Positions 20,017 through 30,767 of a stretch of DNA of 64,000 nucleotides are shown here, piece after piece. The notes below the pieces were generated by a model. That model ran no database searches. It worked only from the letters and a program-made list of their open reading frames with translations, and was not told the origin of the DNA. Numbering within the stretch: position 1 is the stretch's first letter; each line of letters opens with the position of its first letter. The position numbers and the translations under genes were made by a program. The DNA lies in NCBI GenBank assembly GCA_963817895.1, contig CAWFQB010000003.1, forward strand, positions 448,001-512,000, in the 5' to 3' direction. Source of the DNA: an uncultured Chthonomonadaceae bacterium (lineage in GTDB: Bacteria > Armatimonadota > Chthonomonadetes > Chthonomonadales > Chthonomonadaceae).

Positions 20017-20078
20017 TCTAACACGATATCACCGGAGGCACATCAGCGCCTCCGGTTTGTTCTCCTCATGTTCGAGGA

Positions 20079-20199
20079 CTACTCGCGGGGAATGTCGTGC
20101 ATGGCGTATTCGCTGGAATAGTTGGGCGGCTCTTTGGTGATCCAGACGTTCGTGGACGTGGGACTCGCGCAGGTCGCGCCCGTGATCCGCATGAACTGC
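20079..20199 (-). repeat. displaced duplicate of the guaB 3' end (direct repeat of 20854-20974)
   Basis: 121-bp copies differing by 3 substitutions and 2 single-base indels. Confidence 0.95.
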
Positions 20200-20203
20200 A
20201 TTG

Positions 20204-20545
20204 TTATGGAAGTTCCAGAGCGTACCGTAGTTTATCATTGGCCTCCTGTATCAAGTCCGCCGATAATTCTCCGAGTTCTCCAAGCAGAATCGATTGGTCA
20301 ACGGTAATCAGCTTATCCAACTTCACGACTGAACTACGGCGTAAGCCTGTTGCCGCAAAATCCGGGTGGGTTTTGTCAAGAAGCAAATCGGCAGCGTACA
20401 GCGTCTCCCCGGAGTAGGTTGTCATGAAGGCTAACGTGACATCGCCGGTACGGTCAGAGCGCGAAACCACCAGAGCCGGACGTGTTTTGCGTCCCGACAG
20501 GTCGGTAAAAGGAAATGGCGACAGGACGATTTTGCCGCGCTTCAT
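20204..20545 (-). CDS. PemK/MazF-family toxin
   Basis: MKRGKIVLSPFPFTDLSGRKTRPALVVS...TGLRRSSVVKLDKLITV. Confidence 0.92.
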   Translation of the reverse strand: MKRGKIVLSPFPFTDLSGRKTRPALVVSRSDRTGDVTLAFMTTYSGETLYAADLLLDKTHPDFAATGLRRSSVVKLDKLITVDQSILLGELGELSADLIQEANDKLRYALELP

Positions 20546-20776
20546 CGGTAGCGCACCTTCAAGTCGTCAACCGTATAAACATCCTCATCCCCGGCAAGAA
20601 AATCAAACGCGCCCCCCTGTTCCGCAAGCCGCATCAGGTCAGCCGTGGAAACATCGTCTTGCTGCGCAATCAGTTCTACATTCTCGTGCTGACGCGCAAG
20701 ATTCAGCAGGGTGTCCAGTTCTGTACGCGGCAGTACAGCTTTATCCCCGACGTAGTTCGGCGTGTATAGTTGTCAT
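20542..20776 (-). CDS. putative antitoxin (one extra base near codon 8)
   Basis: MTTIHAE/YVGDKAVLPRTELD...AFDFLAGDEDVYTVDDLKVRYR; TGA overlaps toxin ATG (ATGA). Confidence 0.75.
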
Positions 20777-20839
20777 GTGTTTTGACTCCGGTTACGAACA
20801 AATCCGTCAGGCAGAGACTATCAGAGCAATTTGCGCTCA

Positions 20840-22367
<1,528 letters not shown>

Positions 22368-22511
22368 CGTTTTCCCCCGTAGAACGCATTTGACCATCAA
22401 CGGTCTGTCAACCGTCTGTTCAACTACATTTGATAGTGTGTAAAGTTGGGGTAGTATACCGTGTCACAAGGAACAGTGTCAAACGATTTACGGGGTGTGC
22501 TATACTGGAAT

Positions 22512-22550
22512 GGGTGTTCGGTGTTCAGGTGTTCAGGTATTCAGGTGTTG
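22512..22550. repeat. solo (GGTGTTC[A])n array
   Basis: ggtgttc ggtgttca ggtgttca ggtattca ggtgtt, just after a TATACT box. Confidence 0.8.
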
Positions 22551-22582
22551 GGCAGGCTCGTATTGGAAAATGTGGGGCGCGT

Positions 22583-23212
22583 ATGAAGTGGAATGGTAAA
22601 TTGTTGGTTGCGGTTGTGCTGGATGGATTGCATCTGCTGGCATTGGCGGTGTGGCTGGGTGGATTGGCGACGCTGTGGCTGGCGGTCATGCCCGCCGCGT
22701 TTCACACGTCCGGGCTGACCATGCGGGAAGCGGAAGCGGTTGTCGGCGACAGCCTGCGTAATTTCACCGGGCTTGTAGAGGTGTGCGGCATTGCGATGGC
22801 GGGGGCGCAGTTTGTCCTGCGACGCCGGTATCAATCCGTTCGCGCCCTGTTTGTGGCGGACGGCATCCGGCAACTGCTGACGTTCGGCGCATTGATGCTG
22901 GCGGAAGTGAATTTGCGCGTCCTGCTGCCGCAAATGGATACGGCCCGACAACAGGCGCATGTGGCGGACTTTCACCATCTGCATCAGAACTACGCGGTTC
23001 TGGCGACGCTGCAAGCGATGATACTCCTCGTCGTAGGCGCGCTCACGGCATGGCTGCAATCGCCTCGACAGGTAGCAGCAACACCGAATGTTACGCCAAC
23101 GGCTGCGCCCAATGTTCTGCCGACAGTTCCGACTCCTCTTGCTGCCAATTCATCGCAGTCGCAAAAGCCGAACAGGAACGGCGGACGCCGCGCCCGCAAC
23201 GCAGGCAGATAG
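22583..23212 (+). CDS. DUF4149/CopD-like membrane protein
   Basis: HLLALAVWLGG, LLPQM, FHHLH motifs. Confidence 0.7.
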   Translation: MKWNGKLLVAVVLDGLHLLALAVWLGGLATLWLAVMPAAFHTSGLTMREAEAVVGDSLRNFTGLVEVCGIAMAGAQFVLRRRYQSVRALFVADGIRQLLTFGALMLAEVNLRVLLPQMDTARQQAHVADFHHLHQNYAVLATLQAMILLVVGALTAWLQSPRQVAATPNVTPTAAPNVLPTVPTPLAANSSQSQKPNRNGGRRARNAGR

Positions 23213-23230
23213 TTTCTCAGGCAAGAAATC

Positions 23231-23668
23231 ATGTACGAGTCACAAATTGCTGTCCAAAAACAACACGCGTTTTCCCGACGCATGAAATTTCGTATGGCGG
23301 TTCAGATTGTTCTTATTTCACTGCTGCCTCTGGCGCTGATTGTCGCTGTTGTTGGCGGGCGTATCTGGTGGTTCAATTTTCAAGAGCGGGATGCCGCGAA
23401 TTCCCCTTTGCAGACAGGAACGGCGGTTGTAACGACCATGACGCAGGTAAATCGCCGACAGGGTTTTCGCGTCAACCTGACGTTTCGTATTGACGGTCGT
23501 ATAGCCGAAACGAGTGTTCTGATAAACACGAATATGGAAGAGGATGAACGCTTCATCTGGACCCATGTTGGCGACACGGTTCCGGTCACATACCGCGTTG
23601 GAAAAAGCGGCGCGGTTTACATTGACAGTTGGCAAGCGCCGCCGCACAAAGTTTCGCTGTCACGCTGA
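23231..23668 (+). CDS. membrane-anchored hypothetical protein (DUF3592-like)
   Basis: one TM; VGDTVPVTY. Confidence 0.55.
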   Translation: MYESQIAVQKQHAFSRRMKFRMAVQIVLISLLPLALIVAVVGGRIWWFNFQERDAANSPLQTGTAVVTTMTQVNRRQGFRVNLTFRIDGRIAETSVLINTNMEEDERFIWTHVGDTVPVTYRVGKSGAVYIDSWQAPPHKVSLSR

Positions 23669-23733
23669 TAAAGTGGGAGAACAGAGTTATGTTCCAGAAA
23701 CTTCGACAGTATTTTGAACAACGGAGGAAACGT

Positions 23734-25242
23734 ATGTCTTCGGCTACTCTTGACACAAAACCAATCCCCAGGACCCAAGACCCGACAGTGTTGCGGGAAC
23801 TGATACGGGAACTCGAGCATATTGTCGGGCCGGAATATGTGCTGACGAGTGACGCGGCCAAACGCGATTATGATTGTGACGCTTACTCGCCGGAAAAACG
23901 CTACCCGGATGCGATTGTCCTGCCCTCAGATACGCAGCAGGTGGCGAAAATTGTCAAATTGTGCAATCGCCTGAACATTCCGTTTATTCCGCGTGGGGCG
24001 GGAACGGGGCTGTCGGGCGGCGCGACGACCACGCAGGGCGGCGTACTCCTTTCCCTGATGCGGCTCAAGAAAATTCTGGAAACGGATGTCCCCAACCGTC
24101 GCATGGTCGCGCAGGCGGGCGTCGTCAATACCTACCTGACAAAAGCCGTAAAAAAAGACCATTTGCACTACGCGCCCGATCCGTCCAGTCAGGGCGCGTG
24201 TACCGTCGGCGGCAATGTGGCGGAAAATTCGGGCGGGCCGCACACGCTTAAATACGGCGTCACGACCAACCACGTCACGGGTTTGACCCTGGTGCTGCCG
24301 GACGGCGAAATCGTACATATCGGCGGCAAAGTGGAAGACGCGCCGGGTTATGATCTTGTAGGGTTGCTTGTCGGCTCGGAAGGCACGATGGGAATCGTGA
24401 CGGAAGTGACCATTCGCCTGACGCCCCTGCCCCAATCCGTGCGAACGCTGCTGGCTATCTTTGAAACCGTAGATCAGGCCACGCAGACGGTTTCCGATCT
24501 GATTGCCGAGGGCGTCCTCCCCGCCGCATTGGAACTAATTGATACGTTCATCATCAAGGCGTGTGAAGAGGCGTTTCATCTGGGTTTTCCCCTCGATGCC
24601 GAAGCGGTGCTGATTATGGAAGTGGATGGTCTGGAAGTGGGACTGGAGGAGGAAGCCAGTCATGCCCGCGAAATCGCCGAGCGCAACGGCGCGCGGGAAG
24701 TGCGGCAGGCGAGTACCGAGCTGGAACGCGCCCTGCTGTGGAAAGCCCGCAAGCAGGCGTTCGGCGCATTGGGACGGTTAGGCAAGTCTATGGTCACGCA
24801 CGACGGCGTTATCCCGCGCACGAAACTGCCGGAAGTGATACGCGAAGTGCGGGCGATTGCCGCGCGGCACGGGTTGGAAGTGGGCAACGTATTCCATGCG
24901 GGCGACGGCAACCTGCATCCGAACCTGATGTTCGATGAGCGCGACCCAGTCGCGGTGCAGAACGTGCTTCACGCGGGCGAAGAAATTTTGCAGTTGTGCG
25001 TGAACGTGGGCGGCTCGATTACAGGCGAACACGGCATCGGCGTGGAAAAACAGGAGGCCATGACGATGATGTTCACCGACAGCGACCTGGAACTAATGGC
25101 GAAACTGAAAGGCGTATTCAACCGCAGCGACCTGTGCAACCCCGGCAAAATCTTCCCCGCCGCCAAAGGCTGTTGGGAAACCGATCACGGTCCTCGTATC
25201 GCGGCAGCGGTACGAAATCCGGGGAGAGGGGCGGCGGTTTGA
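23734..25242 (+). CDS. glcD: FAD-linked oxidase, glycolate oxidase subunit GlcD-like
   Basis: PRGAGTGLSGG, DPSS, GGNVAENSGG, HAGDGNLH, GEHGIG; GGAGG RBS. Confidence 0.9.
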   Translation: MSSATLDTKPIPRTQDPTVLRELIRELEHIVGPEYVLTSDAAKRDYDCDAYSPEKRYPDAIVLPSDTQQVAKIVKLCNRLNIPFIPRGAGTGLSGGATTTQGGVLLSLMRLKKILETDVPNRRMVAQAGVVNTYLTKAVKKDHLHYAPDPSSQGACTVGGNVAENSGGPHTLKYGVTTNHVTGLTLVLPDGEIVHIGGKVEDAPGYDLVGLLVGSEGTMGIVTEVTIRLTPLPQSVRTLLAIFETVDQATQTVSDLIAEGVLPAALELIDTFIIKACEEAFHLGFPLDAEAVLIMEVDGLEVGLEEEASHAREIAERNGAREVRQASTELERALLWKARKQAFGALGRLGKSMVTHDGVIPRTKLPEVIREVRAIAARHGLEVGNVFHAGDGNLHPNLMFDERDPVAVQNVLHAGEEILQLCVNVGGSITGEHGIGVEKQEAMTMMFTDSDLELMAKLKGVFNRSDLCNPGKIFPAAKGCWETDHGPRIAAAVRNPGRGAAV

Positions 25243-25245
25243 GGA

Positions 25246-25360
25246 AGGTTGTTAGGTTGTTAGGTTGTTAGTTAATGGCTGTGTCGCGCCGAAGTAACTA
25301 CTGTTCTTCTGCCTGCCTGAAGACCTAAAAACCTAACAACCTAACAACTAACAACCTAAC
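25246..25360. repeat. mirrored octamer element, (AGGTTGTT)n / (AACAACCT)n
   Basis: arms 25246-25273 and 25324-25360 between convergent stops. Confidence 0.9.
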
Positions 25361-25364
25361 CCTC

Positions 25365-25781
25365 CTACTTTCCCAGCACTTCCTTCACCGCCTGTACTAA
25401 CTGCTGCGGGCTGAAGGGCTTGGTCATAAAGGCGTCGGCGGACGTAGCCCACTCCTCGAACAGTCCTGAATCTTTAGCATGGGCCGTCAGCATAATGACC
25501 GGTATCGCGATAGTCGCCGGGTCTTTTCGCAGGGCGTCCAGCACCTGAAAACCGTTCATGCCCGGCATATCCACATCCAGCAGAACCAGATCGGGCAGAT
25601 GGACGCGGATACTGTCCAGCGCGTCCTTACCGTTGGAACAGGCGATAACAGCATAGCGCGCCCGCTCCAGGCATAATGTCGTCAGGCGCACCTGAACGCC
25701 CATGTCGTCGGCGACCAGAATTAAAGGCTGTTCGCGGGTCGGGCGGGCAAGTTCGGAATCATGGGCATTGGAATTGGTCAT
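25365..25781 (-). CDS. single-domain response regulator
   Basis: VADD, LLDVDMP, MLTA, KPF. Confidence 0.92.
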   Translation of the reverse strand: MTNSNAHDSELARPTREQPLILVADDMGVQVRLTTLCLERARYAVIACSNGKDALDSIRVHLPDLVLLDVDMPGMNGFQVLDALRKDPATIAIPVIMLTAHAKDSGLFEEWATSADAFMTKPFSPQQLVQAVKEVLGK

Positions 25782-26007
25782 GGTACTGCGGGTTCTGTGT
25801 CTTTCTGTTGCCTGACAGCAACATACTCGTTTTGTGAAAGGCTCAGGATCAAATTCTACTAAGGCATTGAGGCTGGAACATCAGGGTTCAATGCCCGGAT
25901 CAAATACCTGTTCGTGAGACGCCAATTCAATGCGGGTTGTTTCCAAGAATAAGCAACATGTCTCGGGTAATTTCGCTTTTGTCTGCGCGGTTGAGATAGC
26001 GTAAGTC

Positions 26008-26036
26008 TTGACAAACAAAGCGTGTTGTGGTACATT
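26008..26036 (+). promoter_or_regulatory. sigma70 promoter of tRNA
   Basis: TTGACA, 17 bp, TACATT with TG extension. Confidence 0.8.
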
Positions 26037-26050
26037 AAATAGTGTGTTGA

Positions 26051-26124
26051 GGCGGAATAGCTCAGTTGGTTAGAGCGTTCGGTTCATACCCGAAATGTCG
26101 GGGGTTCAAGTCCCTCTTCCGCTA
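26051..26124 (+). tRNA. tRNA-Met (CAT), elongator type, CCA not encoded
   Basis: GGCGGAA acceptor; D arm; TTCGG-TTCATAC-CCGAA anticodon arm; GGTTCAAGTCC T arm. Confidence 0.95.
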
Positions 26125-26665
26125 TCTGTTTTCCATAATTCATCAGACGCTCCCTACCTGCACCTGTTTCTGCGTTTGTTTCCGTTCCTCCTTGATAGGA
26201 ATAGACATTTTCTCCTGCCGCTTCCCCGCAGCCTATTCTTTTCTGAACCTTTGCGCAATTTTCATGTTATATTACCTCTAACTGTCATTCTGGCACGATT
26301 CTTGCAATATAGTATTCCAGATCAACCCATCATTCCGCCACCGCTTTACCGCAATCCGCTGATCGCCACAGGTCACCGTTTCCACAATTTTCAGGCTATG
26401 CCCCGCATGAACTTTCCAACGCGGCATGTCGTCAAAGTATATGTTCCTGCTCAAATGCCGGTCGTGATTCAGGCTCTCCACGCGGCGTTCAGGAATTGCG
26501 CCCTGTCGCGTAACAAACAAGTGATCTGTTAGTCTAACTCGACATGTCGTTGTACCCCGGCCTTGAAGCCAATTGCCTTGCCGCCATCCGTGTTTCCCGA
26601 AGTTCGTGTGGAACACTGGTTTTTACATCACCTTTATTAGAAACGAGGCTGGCTTCATCCACCCT

Positions 26666-27292
26666 ATGAGCATAAGACATTTTTCTGATGCTCCGTCACT
26701 TTCCGAAACTTCCACACTGAACCATACTGTTGCACTGCGCGCGAAATGTGACGGCTACCATATCAGCACAACAAGTACCCTGAATAAGCGCGGAAGCGTT
26801 CTGATTGTCAGCGCCAGCGCCGACACCGAAGTTTGCAGCATGATCGAATTCGACGTAAGTTCTCTCCCTGCTGCCGCTACGGTCACGCGCGCCACCCTGC
26901 AAGTCTACGTGACGGATTGCCGCCTCGCCATACCTGAAGAAGCTCTGACGCTGTGCTGCTATGGCTACATCGGGGACGGGGACATCACGATAGACGATGT
27001 GGGCGCAGGCAGAATGGCAGGCGTTTCTACCCTGACGAACTCGCGCGTTACCGGTTCAGTGCGTCTTGACATCGCGCCGGAGTTTGTGGAACGCGCGTGG
27101 GAAACGGGCTATGCGGGCTTCCGCCTTGCAGCCTCCGCGTCCACCCTGACGCCCCGCCCCAACGGCCTGTTCCTGCGATCACTGGAAAATACGCAACCGG
27201 ACTCCGCGCCGATGCTATTCCTTGATTACGCTGTTCCAGACACATCGGATGACCGGTGTGTGGTAGCAATACGCCCGGACATGGCTCCGTAG
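26666..27292 (+). CDS. DNRLRE-like beta-sandwich protein
   Basis: IEFDVSSLPAAATVTRATLQVY...PMLFLDY pattern. Confidence 0.55.
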   Translation: MSIRHFSDAPSLSETSTLNHTVALRAKCDGYHISTTSTLNKRGSVLIVSASADTEVCSMIEFDVSSLPAAATVTRATLQVYVTDCRLAIPEEALTLCCYGYIGDGDITIDDVGAGRMAGVSTLTNSRVTGSVRLDIAPEFVERAWETGYAGFRLAASASTLTPRPNGLFLRSLENTQPDSAPMLFLDYAVPDTSDDRCVVAIRPDMAP

Positions 27293-27399
27293 TCGGTGTT
27301 CGGTGTTCGCAGGTTTCGTTGGTAGTTCTACCGCGTTAAAGCAAACCGGTAACTGCCGCATTGCCCGAACGCCAAATACCGAACACCGAACACCGACTA
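27290..27399. repeat. mirrored heptamer element (GGTGTTC), 20-bp perfect arms
   Basis: tagtcggtgttcggtgttcg (27290-27309) / cgaacaccgaacaccgacta (27380-27399). Confidence 0.9.
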
Positions 27400-27679
27400 T
27401 GGCGTGTTCCCATCGCGTGACAGGACGCGCCGAATGGGAATGTTCGCTACCAGCGCGACCGTATCCCCCTCGGCGCAGTCCAGATTTACTTCCAGCGCCT
27501 CCTCATCAATATCCAGATGCTTGCGCAGCACCATCAAAATATCGCGCCGAATCTCTTCCATGACCGGGGCGGGGATGTCGGCGCGGTCGTGCATCAGCAC
27601 CAGGCGCAGTCGGTCCCTCGCAATATTCTTGGCGGATTTTTCGTTTTTACCGAACAGACGATCAAAAAAACTATGGCAT
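27397..27679 (-). CDS. minE: cell division topological specificity factor MinE (extra base after ATG)
   Basis: SFFDRLFG...SAKNIARDRLRLVLMHDR...LVANIPI; GGAGG RBS. Confidence 0.93.
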
Positions 27680-27734
27680 CGTCGGGTTCCTCCCACATAA
27701 ATTTGGATCAAGATAAACAATTCGGCAGGGGCAA

Positions 27735-28553
27735 TTATCTGGATTTCGCGGTAAACAGTTGCTTGATGCGGTCCAGAAAGCCGACTTTTTCATCCAGATC
27801 CAAAAAGGGGACGGTTTCTCCTCTCAGGCGGCGCGCGATGTTGCGATAGGCCTGTCCCGCCAGCGTTCCCTCCGTCATGGCGACGGGTTCGCCCCGGTTG
27901 GTGGACGTGATGATAGCCTCATCGTCCGGCACAATGCCGAGGAGTTTGATGTTGCTGCCCAGAATCTCCTGTACGTCTTCCACGCCCAGCATCTCCTGAT
28001 TTTTCACCATCTGCACCCGCAGTCGGTTGACAATCAGCATGGAATTGTGCAGTTCCTGCGCTTCCAGCAGGCCAATGATTCGATCCGCGTCGCGCACGGA
28101 CGCCATTTCCGGGTTGGTGACGACAATGGCCTCAGTCGCGCCCGCAGTGGCGTTTTTGAACCCCTGCTCAATCCCGGCGGGGCAGTCAATCAGGATATAC
28201 GTGTAGCCCTCTTCCTGCAATTCCGCCACAATCTGCTTCATCTGCGCGGGGTTGACCGCGCTTTTGTCGCGCGTCTGCGCGGCGGGCAGAAGCGCGAGAT
28301 TCTGATTGCGCTTGTCCTTGATGAGCGCCTGCCGCAGTTTGGCCCGCCCCTCCACCACGTCAACAATATCATACACAATGCGGTTTTCCAGCCCCAGCGC
28401 GAGGTCAAGGTTGCGCAGGCCGATATCGGCGTCCAGCAGCGCCACTTTTTCGCCCAGATTGGCGAGCGCCGCTCCGATATTGGCCGTCGTGGTCGTCTTG
28501 CCGACCCCGCCCTTGCCCGATGTAATGACGATTACCCGTCCTGTATTAGTCAT
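27735..28553 (-). CDS. minD: septum site-determining ATPase MinD
   Basis: SGKGGVGKTT, DIGLRNLD, DCPAGIEQGF, RDADRIIG. Confidence 0.98.
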   Translation of the reverse strand: MTNTGRVIVITSGKGGVGKTTTTANIGAALANLGEKVALLDADIGLRNLDLALGLENRIVYDIVDVVEGRAKLRQALIKDKRNQNLALLPAAQTRDKSAVNPAQMKQIVAELQEEGYTYILIDCPAGIEQGFKNATAGATEAIVVTNPEMASVRDADRIIGLLEAQELHNSMLIVNRLRVQMVKNQEMLGVEDVQEILGSNIKLLGIVPDDEAIITSTNRGEPVAMTEGTLAGQAYRNIARRLRGETVPFLDLDEKVGFLDRIKQLFTAKSR

Positions 28554-28581
28554 GCTCTCCGAATGTCCTCTCCCACAAATA

Positions 28582-28703
28582 TAGGTTGTTAGTTGTTAGG
28601 TTGTTAGGTTGTTAGGATACCTCAACTGTCGGCCTTTCCCTACCATGAGATGTAAAGTACGGCAGACGCCTAACAACCTAACAACCTAACAACTAACAAC
28701 CTA
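28582..28703. repeat. mirrored octamer element, 35-bp perfect arms
   Basis: taggttgttagttgttaggttgttaggttgttagg (28582-28616) and exact reverse complement (28669-28703) ending on the minC stop. Confidence 0.95.
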
Positions 28704-29399
28704 AACCGGCGAAACCTGTATCACGCCGTTTTCAATGCGGGCCACTTCGGGGACGCGCTGGCCGGGAGTGGCGCGTTCGCCATCTTCCGGGGCGCGGGCG
28801 ATCTGGCCGGCGATGCGTACCAGTTGGGGGCGCATGTTGCCTGCCGTGATGCAGGCCGCCTCATTGCCCTGACTGCCCGCGTGGGCCACGCCGCGCAGCG
28901 TGCCGAAAATCAGAATATCCCCCTCCGCAATCACTTCCGCGCCGGGGTTCACGTCGCCGCCGATGACCACATGCCCGTTATGCACGACTCGCTGCCCGGA
29001 ACGGAGCGTCTGGGGCAGATACAGCGCGTTGCTCAGGCCGGTGACACCCTCCTCTTTGGCTTCCAGACTGCCGCCGGGAAGCATCAGATAGGCGTTCAAC
29101 CCCAGTAGGCGCGCGGCTTCGCGCGTCACGGGGTCGGTTGCGACAACGGCGACAATCATCATGCCCTGCGCCTGTTTGAGACGCTCCGCCAATTCCAGTA
29201 ATGCGGGATGGGGAACCGCCCGCGCGCCTAAATCCAGCGTTACCTGCGCGCCCTGCCACGTTTGCCCCTGCGAGCCTTCCGTCAGCCTGCTGTTGATCCG
29301 CGCCAGCGCCTCGTCCCATTTGCCGTCGGAAGGCACGCGCAGCAGCAGTTCGTTCAGCAAGCGATTCCGCCACTCCGTCAATTCTACCGCCTGATTCAA
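28701..29399 (-). CDS. minC: septum site-determining protein MinC
   Basis: TLRSGQ, GDVNPGAEVIAEG, LRGVAHAG; GGAGG then TTG start. Confidence 0.93.
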   Translation of the reverse strand: MNQAVELTEWRNRLLNELLLRVPSDGKWDEALARINSRLTEGSQGQTWQGAQVTLDLGARAVPHPALLELAERLKQAQGMMIVAVVATDPVTREAARLLGLNAYLMLPGGSLEAKEEGVTGLSNALYLPQTLRSGQRVVHNGHVVIGGDVNPGAEVIAEGDILIFGTLRGVAHAGSQGNEAACITAGNMRPQLVRIAGQIARAPEDGERATPGQRVPEVARIENGVIQVSPV

Positions 29400-29637
29400 G
29401 CTATCTCCTCCACGCGCCCTGTCGCGGCCACGCGCGAACACGCAATCCACTGCCGATACGCTACAAACCGCCGCTTATTTCAACAGAGTACCCGTTGTAT
29501 CCTTCATTGTAAGGAATTTATATAGAAACATCCTTGACCGGGAAGAGCATGGCAGGCGGAGCCGAAATGAATCCTCCTAAATTGAAACCTTTTCAAATAC
29601 AGGAGGAAATTTCTGCCTCTTAACGAAATTACCATTT

Positions 29638-30291
29638 TTGCGCAGATTGGAAGCAGATTGCCTAATGCCAACAGACAGACTAATTCGTGTACCTGAATGG
29701 TTTGCTGCGCCCAACGTTGTATTCCCAGATGTGTCGGCAGTCCTTCGCAATCCACATCGCGCTGTTGAAAGTGCGGAAGCGTATGCAGCCAGCCTTTCTG
29801 TGCCTGCGCAGTATGGCTCTTTTCTGGAAATCGCCAACATGGTTAATGAAGCGCTGACGCAGATGCAGGAGCGTAGCCTGCCCCTTTTCTCAGCCGTTTA
29901 TGTTCACGCCGACTTTTTCCGAGAGTATGGCGCAGAAGCAGAAGCAATTGCCGCGCGGACAGAATACAACGCCCTGTTCATCAACCCGGATGGAAGCGCG
30001 TGGAGCAATCCAGTCGCCGTAGCCGCATCGCTGTATGAGTCTCGGTTCTGGTCTACGCCACATCCACTCCATGCGATTTATCACGAAGCCGGTCACTTAT
30101 TCCTACCACAAGTGGGGGAACCGAATAAATTGCGTCCAAGTCAGGTTACTGTGGCTACCGCCGTAAGTTTCCGAGCGAAAGCAAATGTTGACGAATTTAT
30201 TGCTGAAGTGTTCGCGGGGCTTATGTGCGGTGTAGAATTTGATTCGGACATTTTGCGATTGTACAAACGTTTGGGAGGAAAACTGCTATGA
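29638..30291 (+). CDS. zincin (HExxH) domain protein resembling phage MuF C-terminal metallopeptidase domains; start uncertain (29638 or 29665)
   Basis: [16 protein letters not shown]...[20 protein letters not shown]. Confidence 0.65.
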   Translation: MRRLEADCLMPTDRLIRVPEWFAAPNVVFPDVSAVLRNPHRAVESAEAYAASLSVPAQYGSFLEIANMVNEALTQMQERSLPLFSAVYVHADFFREYGAEAEAIAARTEYNALFINPDGSAWSNPVAVAASLYESRFWSTPHPLHAIYHEAGHLFLPQVGEPNKLRPSQVTVATAVSFRAKANVDEFIAEVFAGLMCGVEFDSDILRLYKRLGGKLL

Positions 30292-30512
30292 TAAAAACCG
30301 TCCAGTGTGGTTTTTGCGTTCATTATCGCCCGGAATTGGGGGGAGGGCGATGCGCCGCATTTCCAGTCGGTATTCCTGAAGATATTTTGGAGGGCCGTGC
30401 CGATCATCGGCAACCGTATCCGGGCGATCATGGGATTCATCTTCTACTCAAACCGGGGTTGCCGGAAGCCGTTCTGGGAAAGCAGCCGGAACCTTTGCGG
30501 AAAGCCTCCTGA
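30288..30512 (+). CDS. small Cys/His protein of phage type, candidate immunity partner
   Basis: CGFCVH...CAAFPVGIP...[16 protein letters not shown] overlap. Confidence 0.7.
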   Translation: MIKTVQCGFCVHYRPELGGGRCAAFPVGIPEDILEGRADHRQPYPGDHGIHLLLKPGLPEAVLGKQPEPLRKAS

Positions 30513-30563
30513 ATTTACCGGGCGGCTTGAGGCATATTACGATAAACATTTCTGTGGGAAAAT

Positions 30564-30596
30564 GCGGCGCGGCTCTTTTCAAAAGAGCCGCGCCGC
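30564..30596. terminator. GC-rich hairpin between convergent genes
   Basis: gcggcgcggctctttt c aaaagagccgcgccgc. Confidence 0.7.
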
Positions 30597-30767
30597 GTTC
30601 ATCTATTTACGCCGGGGCGTAAGCCGTGTTACTTTTGGTTCGATCCCGTCAGCGCTTTCAGCCAGTCCTGCGCGGCGGTCAGGCGGCACTCGTAAACAGA
30701 CTTTTGCGCTTCGGGCAACGTCTCTTCGTACCGCAGGAACGGGAAGAAGAATATCTGGCCGCCCCCG

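Noticed and set aside
25246..28703. Repeat-spacer-repeat structures as CRISPR arrays
   Set aside because: Arms are inverted microsatellites around a single spacer; no direct repeats in series and no cas genes.
26051..30512. tRNA-integrated prophage or island reaching the zincin pair
   Set aside because: No integrase, no duplicated tRNA 3' end seen, and core minCDE lies in between.
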